64,000 nucleotides of DNA. It comes from Calcarisporiella thermophila CBS 279.70 (Eukaryota; Fungi; Calcarisporiellomycota). Position numbers and translations under genes: made by a program. The stretch is from NCBI RefSeq assembly GCF_041956535.1, contig NW_027192195.1, positions 941,762 through 1,005,761 on the forward strand. The letters are read 5' to 3'. Numbering within the stretch: position 1 is the first letter of the stretch; each line of letters starts with the position of its first letter. This document shows, piece after piece, positions 55,906 to 64,000 of the stretch. Under the pieces are notes generated by a model. That model was given only the letters and a program-made list of their open reading frames with translations. It did no database searches and had not been told where the DNA came from.

Positions 55906-56544
55906 TTTATTACAAAAAAGTGGGTTCAGATGACTTCCTGCAGATAGAAATTTATTATTTTCAAGAATATAGGAGTGTATGCGATGTTTTCAACTGCTTT
56001 CTAGCAAATGATAAAATAATGGTGGGCCAAAGAGAACAAGGAAAAGAAAAGAACAAGCGGAAGAACCTATTAATTCAAACTGTTTTGATGACGCCAGCAA
56101 ATATTTAAGGTTTAAGAGATATTTCCGATAGTTTTAGTCAAATTAGAAACTCAGTGTCGTTTGGCTCCATTTGTCTCATAGGATCTTTGGAAAATTCATT
56201 AAAGCCGTCTTGAGAATTGCCGGCATCGTAGTTGATTTTTCTTTTTACCAAAGGACTTTCAATACTAAGCATAACCACATATAATTAAAAATCTGGTTGA
56301 GCTTTTGAACCTTCTGAGTAAAGCCTAGACTTCCAGTAAAGTTTTTCTGCAAGGGATCCCAGGATGAATCTTATGAGGAGAAAAGTAGCAAGAGAATGAT
56401 AAAGCCCTGCTTCAGTTACATTATCATATTGGAATATGATTGGGATTGGGTCTATTTTACTACCGATGCTTTTTCCGAATAGAAAATGCATAATAAAGAA
56501 AAAACATTTTATTATATAAATACTCATAAGTAAAAGGGCATCTC

Positions 56545-58938
56545 CTATTTTCCGGTTTTCTAGAGAATAACGAAACATATGAATGAGTTGCCACCAAGAA
56601 GATTGGGAAATTCCTTACCTGTTTTTTGGACCTATTCCCGCTAAAAGATGCGCTGAAGGTTTTCAGAGGGTCATTTTTTCTTGCCCCTTTATTCTTCTTT
56701 TGTTGTTGCACCCGTCGCTTGCGATACCGGTTCTCCGTGGCTTTGTTAAATGGCACATTCCCGCTGCTTGCCTGCTCCACCGGGCCACCGCTTTCCCCGA
56801 CTTCACCACCACTTGCCGACGCAGCCGGAACAACTCTTGGCATTAAATAAGACGGCACATTCTTCATATGAGGTTGGACACGCGCAGGATGGAGAGCACG
56901 ATCGTGGCGCAGGAATTCAAAGTCCCGCGGCTTGTCCTCGAAATGAGCCTTAAGCTTCTCGGAATTGAGGATTTCGCTCTTCAGCTCCTTGACTCGAGCT
57001 TCTTTGATGGACATGCGGGTCACTGCGCGCAAGGCATCCTCTACACGATATCGAAAGCCCTCGATTTGCTGCATATCGAATAGATATGGTTTTATGGTCG
57101 CACCTCGTTCTAGTGATTCGCCCCAAGAGTTGCGAACGCAAAGGATTAGTGGTTAGTTTATGGCGTGAGGGAACTCAAACAAAATTCACCATCCACTCAC
57201 CATTCTGCTGTTTTTCGACCCTCTTAAATACCACCTCGTCTCTGTTCTCCGCCCGCCTCACACTCTTATTGCGATCCTTTTCGGATAGATCCTTCGTTAC
57301 CACAAAGCTAAGACTCATTCCACGCTGCCCAGCGCGAGCTGTGCGCCCCACGCGATGTGTATAGCTTTTTGCAGACAGTGGAAAGTCAAAGTTAATGACT
57401 GCAGCGGCACCCTGGAAGTCGACTCCGCGAGAGACGCCGTACTCTCGATCCTGGCGTGTGCGAGCCCGTTTCTTCCGCTTGAGGGATTTAGTTTTCTCAC
57501 TCTTAGTCTCCTTCACCGCCTCATCATCTCCAGCCTCTTCTTCTTCCGACCCGCTCTCGTTCGAAGACTCTTCATCCGAGGTATCCTGCTCTCCCGACAA
57601 ATTGCTCTCATCCGTCGCAATGATATAGTCGTAGATGCCTTTATTGAATTCTTGGACGATATGATATCTAGGTTGAAGAGAAGTCGAGGACTTCAATCAC
57701 TTGTTAATGCTTGGTAGGATATCGATTGATCTTACCTGGAGTTAAGGGGTAACTCTGAGTTCAATACGCAGCTTTTGATAGAAAATTGCTCGAGGAAAAG
57801 CTTCAGTTTGTAGCATCGATCAATGTCGTTGACGAAGATGATGGATTTGCCCTTGATGAGCTTGAGCTTCAGAATCACATAGAGTAAAAGGAACTTGTCG
57901 GACTCGGAGCATCTACAGTGAATTGAAAGCAAACAGAAGGATGGTGAGTCGATGCGTGACTTCTCCTGTTGGAGGTTCTTTTTCAGCTCACTTGATGGTA
58001 TATTGAGATAAGAGGTCGATCTCATCCTTCTCCTCTTCTAGTTTAAGGATGGCTGGCTTTTTCAAAATGAGTTGTTTCAAATTTTCCACGTCCTTGGTGA
58101 GGGTGGCAGACATCAAAAAACTCTGGAATATCTTGGGAAGATGGGTCAGCATCTTGCGGACATCTTCGTCATATCCATATGAAAGCACGAGGTCAGCCTC
58201 GTCGATGACTAAGGTATCTAGAGAGTCTTTGAGGGAGATGTTCTAACCAAGAGGAACCGCCAGTCAGCACAAAATCCCAAAGGCAAGTATAAGTGATTAG
58301 GGATAAGAGCAAACCTTGGCTTCGAGATGCTGAAGAACCCTGCTTGGAGTCGATACAATAATATCTGGGAGCTCTGACAACAATTGTCTAAGGTGGATTT
58401 CAAAAAGTGAACAATGGTATTAGCGCCGTCTCTATAGGGCTGGACTTACTTTTGAATAACTAACGACACATTGCCAGCCAAATTTGCTACGGTCACAAAT
58501 TTCTCGCAGTATGCAATCAGATCCTTTATTTGATGTGTTACTTGCTCGGCCAATTCTCTGGTGGGCACGAGAATCACCGATCTTATCCGTGCGCGCTTTG
58601 GATCCGATACATCCAATGCCTGTCCCACGAGCGGAACAAAAGAATTGCAGCGAAGCGAATCGTTAATAATGGACATCGGAGTGAGTAAAAAGGAGAATAC
58701 CTACCTCTTTACTATGGAGAACTTTTTGAATAATAGGCAGGCAATATGCTGCTGTTTTACCGGAGCCAGTTCTTGCCCGTGCAAGGATGTCTTTACCACT
58801 AAGCGCTAGAGGGATGGCCTTCGCCTGCACAAGGGTTGGATGCGTGAAGTTGAGCTTCGCGAGTGCCCGAACTAGCCGAGAATCTAGATCTAGTGATGAA
58901 AAGGTTGCTGAAGAATCGAGCAGCTTCTGCTCTGCCAT
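56545..58938 (-). CDS. DBP9: DEAD-box RNA helicase Dbp9/DDX56
   Basis: [56 protein letters not shown]; last exon KTGK* after a short intron. Confidence 0.96.
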
Positions 58939-59383
58939 TATGTTATGGATATAGGCTGTTTGCGTTACTTCGCTTCACAAGGATGAATTATTACTTTTGG
59001 TTATTTATGTGACTATTTTCGTGACTGGTTGTTTACATTGAAAATGGATGGCTTTGTGGAGCCGAGGGCTCCCCAGCAACTAATCGAATCGAAGTCGGCT
59101 CTCGTTTAAAACATATACATAGCTTATATTACAAATAAACAGAAGGCGTAGAGATGAATAGAGATAAATGGCGAAAAAGCTTTACAGAAGACCAGGACAT
59201 AAAAAAAATAATAATTCACGAGGGGTATAGCAACAAGAAAAACAAAAATAAGAACTGAGAACAAGTAAAACGAAGAGTGGCCAATAAAATATAGTAAGCT
59301 AATATAGATGAAATACAAAGAAAGTTAACGTGTGAATAGGAACAATAAATATAAATTCAAAAAAGGTAGAAAATAGTAGAATT

Positions 59384-61001
59384 TCACAAACGCGTATTTT
59401 TTGAAGAGGAATAGCCTGCCAAAGACTCGAACTTCTTGGAGGCTATTGGGGTCCCCCCGGTACTCATTGAGATCCCTGAATATCGTCGCGGAGTGGTCAG
59501 CGTTGTAGTGGTCGGCTTGATAAGCTGTGGTTCGAGACTCGTGGGCGTCGAAAGCCGTTTATTCCAAGGCGTGGGTGGTTTAAGGGTGCTAGTTGAGATA
59601 GCTGGAGTACTCAGACGGTTAAGACTGGAACGTTGACTAGGTGTTAGATTGGTTGGAGATCGGAGAGCTGGAGCAGCGGGGGCAGCGGGAGAACTCATAT
59701 TTGAGGCAGGAGGCCCAGTGGGCGTCGGCGACATGGGGTTTTTACTGGTACTAGCAAGTGGCCTGGGTGTAACCATCCCGTATCGTTTAGAAGTATCCGC
59801 GGGACGTCCTATATGGGTTGCAGCTGAGTGGGATGACGATGAATAGGAAAATGGGGAAAGGGGGGTGGGAGGGGCCAGTTGAGAAATCGTAGCTGATCTG
59901 TGTAGAACAGAGGACCTTCGATTAATTGGAGTGGACGGCTGATCATGCTGCTTAAGTGGAGCTGGCGGGTTCGCACGAGCCATTGAACGAGGGGCCTGTT
60001 CAGCTTGAGATGGCTGGCGAAGAGGCAATGAGGAACTTCGCAGATTGGGCATTGAAGATCGAGGGAAAGGTGCGGGTCGAGGGGAATGGTTATTATCGAA
60101 AGTGGAATTTTTCTTAGCTGGCGTGGAGGCTGATTCCATGATGCCTTTTCCAGAAATATTAGAGCTATGCGTTGAATGGTCACCTTGGGACCCGTTGAAT
60201 CGAGCTCGTAAAGAATCAGGCAGAGCACTAGGTAACCTTTTCGTAAACTTCAACTCCTTTCGAACGGTCAATGGTTGCTTTTCCGCCGCAGATGGTTTTG
60301 CGGTCGGATATACATCCTGAGCGTTCGACTTTGGGTTAGTTTCCAAACCATCCAAAATAGGCTGTTCTTTATCGAATCTCACTTCCTTCCTAGCATTGTC
60401 TGCGAAGTGGGAGAACAATTATTATGGAATTTCGAAATAGAGACATACAATAGAAAATACCTCTTATAGGAATAAATGGCAGAAAAGTATCAGAATCGTC
60501 CCTCATTTTAATCATCTAAATTGAATGAATTCAGCGGATTAATTTCACCCCTTCCAAACAATAAAAACGGATGTTCCATTACCCTCTCAAAACTGGTCGT
60601 TGCGCTATTCCAAAACGCATCCACATCCTCTTCGGCATCCTCCAGTATTGGAGAATCACTGTCACTTGAGCCACAATCCCACTCATCTGTGTCACTTGTT
60701 AGGAGATTCGAAAGACGGCGTGTGCGCGGCGAGTATACAACCTGGGACTTGGGGGGGTTGTTTGGCGAGTGCATGTGAAGAGCTTTGAGACGATCCATCT
60801 AGTAAGCATCTTTAATCAGAAGCCATAAAGTGAAGCCATCATGAGAATAACACTAACCTTTCTTGAGAAAAACTCCTCTCCTTTATCTTCCGGCACAAGA
60901 TCGGGCAGTTCCAGTGGGATCTCAAAATCGAACATGGGACCCTGATCAATAACATCTCGCAATTCGATTTCCTCATCCTCTTCCCCATGTTGGACGAACA
61001 T
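59384..61001 (-). CDS. Hypothetical protein: acidic N-terminus, basic Ser/Thr/Pro-rich disordered C-terminus with many S/T-P sites
   Basis: Three exons linked by GT-AG introns (ORFs 60816-61043, 60508-60798, 59384-60418); MCB ACGCGT at 61151-61156 upstream. Confidence 0.7.
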
Positions 61002-61312
61002 CTTATGACAATCTGACTGGCAATATATAACAGCTGGACACAATATGAAATTTACAATTATATGGATGAATATATTATTGATGTATTTTGGGCTTTCCCC
61101 TTGTTTTCAATTCTTCGTTGAGATTCAAAAACGGTCGAGGGGATAAATTCACGCGTTGAACAGACTGCATGAAATCAAGCTCAGCCACAGGAGCACGGCT
61201 CCAGTTTACATGGAAATCATTTAGTAGTCTTTTCGGCTTAGATTGGAAACGTTTATTTTAAAGAAATAGTGCGCATGGAGTGAAAACATGAAGACACAAC
61301 CACTCTTTGCCC

Positions 61313-62155
61313 TTATTTGCGGTGCTTCGACGCCAGGAAGTCCGAGAACTCCTGGAAGGGAGCATTGGAAAACGCGGTTTCCTTCCAGAGGTCGGGGGTG
61401 AGGAACCCATAGGTGTTTCCAATGGCGGCAAAGGTAGCCTTGACGAAATTGCCCATGGTGCGAGTGGAGCCACGAGAAGTGGTGTAGCAGTCGGAGATAC
61501 CAGCAAGCTGAAGCAACTTCTTGGGGGTTGGAGCAGCAACGATGCCCGTGCCGCGGGGAGCAGGCACCAGTCGGCAGATGACCGACCCGCACTTACCGGT
61601 GACCTTGGCGGGCACGGTATGCGGCTCACCGAGCTTCGAGCCCCAGTAGCCACGGCGCACGGGAATGACGCTCAGCTTGGCAAGGATGATGGCACCACGA
61701 ATAGCGGTGGCCACTTCTTTAGAGCACTTGACTCCAAGGCCGACATGTCCGTCAAAGTCGCCAATCACAACGAAAGCCTTGAAGCGCGTACGCTGACCTG
61801 CACGAGTCTGCTTCTGGACAGGCATAATCTTCATAACCTCATCCTTGAGTTTAGGAAGGAAGTAATCGACGATTTGGTATTCCTTGATGGGGAGAGAGAA
61901 GAGATAGATTTGTTCCATCGATTTGATCTTGCCATCTTTGACGAGGCGACCGAGCTTGGTAACGGGAACCCTACAGAAAGATCAAGCGGTTCAGATCGCA
62001 ATCCTTTGTTAGATCCGGCTCGCTTTCGAATATTACCATTCACCCTTGTCGTCATCTCGACGTCCACGGCCCCGCCCACCACGGCCACGACCGCGACCAC
62101 GTCCACGTCCAAAGCCACCACGTCCACGACTATCGGCCGGTGCAGTATCAGCCAT
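61313..62155 (-). CDS. RPS2: 40S ribosomal protein uS5 (S2)
   Basis: RG-rich N-terminus, [38 protein letters not shown]; one coding intron plus a 5'UTR intron 62288-62159. Confidence 0.98.
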
Positions 62156-62514
62156 TTGCTATGGATTATAAGACAATGGAGATTAGCCTTGATTGTTCTG
62201 GTTTTCATCCGATTTCATTCCATTTCCCCAAGGTCGTCCACTCATCCATTCATCCATCCATCCTCTAAAGCATGCATAGCCTACTCACATAATCCTAAAT
62301 CCTTCTTCTTGAGAAAGAGTACGATGTGGAGAAGAAAAAACAGGAGGAACCGCTACTGTCGCACCAGGACCTGCTATTTTCTCCCTCCCCAGTGAGCCGC
62401 GCCCTCTGATTGGGTTAGGTTTAGATTAGGTTTCTCGCGTTTCAACTAAGTAAACAGATAGAAATTCCCTTGATCTCCCTCGATCTCATTTTCTTCGTGT
62501 AGGAATAATTTACC

Positions 62515-62874
62515 ATGTCTTTGTTCGGAAATCCATTCGGCGGTGCAAACCAGCAGCAACAAGTTAACCAGGCCAATCTTATGGCTGCTGAGCAGGAGCT
62601 CGAAATGATCACGGATCTGTTCAATCGGTAAGTTGGCTTCCCCCCTCGCCGTATCTATTTCTCGCTGTGCCCCGTGGCTCATTGTCTCACTTCTTCCCTC
62701 AGTATCGTCGACTCGTGCTTCAAGAAATGCATTCCGCCCAAGTACCACGAGGCCGAACTAAACAAAGGCGAGTCGGTGTGTGTAGACCGATGTGTTGCCA
62801 AATTCTTTGCTGCCAACATCAAAGTCGGCGAGAAAATGCAGCAAATGAGCCAGACCAACGCAGGAGGGCGCTGA
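62515..62874 (+). CDS. TIM10: Mitochondrial intermembrane chaperone Tim10
   Basis: [15 protein letters not shown]|IVDSCFKKC...[17 protein letters not shown], twin CX3C. Confidence 0.95.
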
Positions 62875-63254
62875 TTTAATCGCCCCTGTTTAAAGAAAAG
62901 AGTAGAGTGACATTATTGCCCTTGAATCTTTTGCGTTGTTTTGTGTCGTGTAAGTTTTTTTATGGAGTGTCGCGGTCGTTTATTCTTTTCGGCCTTGTAC
63001 ATATACCTTCCTCCCGCTTTAATGAAGAACATGTGTCCTTTTCTACTCAAAGTGAAAAACAAAAAATAGAATGATTTAGAATGCCATTTTCTAAACAATC
63101 ACTGTTATTTTAAAAATCAATATATTAAAACAAAGAAGAAAAATGAACCAAGAAAAAAAAAACTATCAACATCATGGCAACAGAAAATCCCAAAAATAAA
63201 AATGCCGCAAAATAAAAAGAAATTGAATACAAGTTAACATGATGATTCTCAGCT

Positions 63255-64000
63255 TCAATCCCGACGAGGCATCTTGGATGCAGCCTCTTCTAGATCTCCT
63301 TCGCTGATACCAGCCCTTTTTCGCTTGGATGCGGGAGAGTCAAAGGAATGCATTCGATCTTGCTCATCGGCCTCCTCGTCAAGATCCTCTCTGTCCTCCT
63401 CCTCGTAGTCATCTGCATTCAGATAGGGCTCGTATTCGTCGTCATTGTCATCGAACATTTCCTAGAAGAATTCATTAATAAGCTGGAGAGGACGAAGATG
63501 ATAAAGGCAGGCGTATATTTACATTGGGTTGTTTTAATAGATATTCGAGGCCAACATCCTCCCCCGCATCTTCACCTTCCTCCTCCTCCTCCTCCGCCTC
63601 CTCTTCCTCCTCACCACCTCCATATGCTAAATGCTCTCCCACCACATTTTGTACGGAGAGTACTGTACGTGGTAATCCTTTTGTGCCATGTTGAGGATGG
63701 AGATCCTCTTCGTTATACTCTTCGTTCTCTTCATTCTCCTCATCCTCATCCTCCTCTGTTACACGGTCATCTTCATCGCCTTCTTCCTCTTCCTCCTCAT
63801 CCTCCTCCTCTCCTTCCATAGTCATTCCTTCCTCACCCTCTTCTTCCTCTTCCTCCTCCTCCTCTTCTTCCTCTACTTCACTTTCTCCCGCTTGTATAGA
63901 TACCTCCTCTTCTTCTCCCTCCTCTTCTTCCTCTCCATCCTCATCCTCCCCGTTGTAGCTTACCTGACCTTGGTATCCTAGATACAGTATAAAAATGTGA
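63255..64000 (-). CDS. 3' part of an ANP32-like acidic nuclear protein (truncated by window edge)
   Basis: Poly-Glu/Asp tract, VGLEYLLKQPN|EMFDDNDDEYEP, C-terminal KRKR NLS; an LRR N-terminus would lie outside the window. Confidence 0.65.

Noticed and set aside
61307-62395. 362-aa plus-strand ORF
   Set aside because: Antisense shadow of codon-biased RPS2.
63348-63981. Pro/His-rich and Phe/Leu-rich plus-strand ORFs
   Set aside because: Antisense reading of the poly-Glu tract.

Overview
Gene-dense, intron-rich eukaryotic DNA with short GT-AG introns and CTRAY-type branch points. It is fungal (chitin deacetylase, URA5, Crp1/Mdg1-like and loosenin genes) and most likely from an early-diverging, Mucoromycota-like lineage; that placement is inference. 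I could splice about 34 protein-coding genes by hand: TRF4, ATG7, ARF6, PRS, a divergent actin, glutathione reductase, a DUF2420/Rmr1-like protein, a COX14-like microprotein, GGTase-I beta, CDC7, a CBM48 protein, a carnitine acyltransferase, a TLDc protein, a peroxisomal 4CL-like ligase, an ArAE/FUSC-like membrane protein, URA5, an NmrA-like protein, glyoxalase II, a loosenin, a PUF protein, chitin deacetylase, RBM39, DBP9, RPS2, TIM10, a partial ANP32-like gene and several uncharacterised genes. I found no rRNA, tRNA, CRISPR array or intact transposon. The most interesting signals are invisible to the ORF track. (1) Both glutathione enzymes appear to have hidden mitochondrial isoforms: a CUG-initiated presequence on glutathione reductase, and an upstream presequence exon on glyoxalase II whose AUG is overlapped by a 2-codon uORF. 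(2) A tandem triplet of unannotated two-TM proteins carries twin PY motifs and is preceded by a helically phased 21-bp repeat array. (3) Four SCB elements lie upstream of CDC7. (4) The PUF protein has an altered recognition code. (5) The carnitine transferase looks CPT2-like (long-chain). (6) The acidic tail at the right edge has an ANP32E-type H2A.Z-binding motif. All gene models and family calls come from manual reading and recalled motifs, not database searches.
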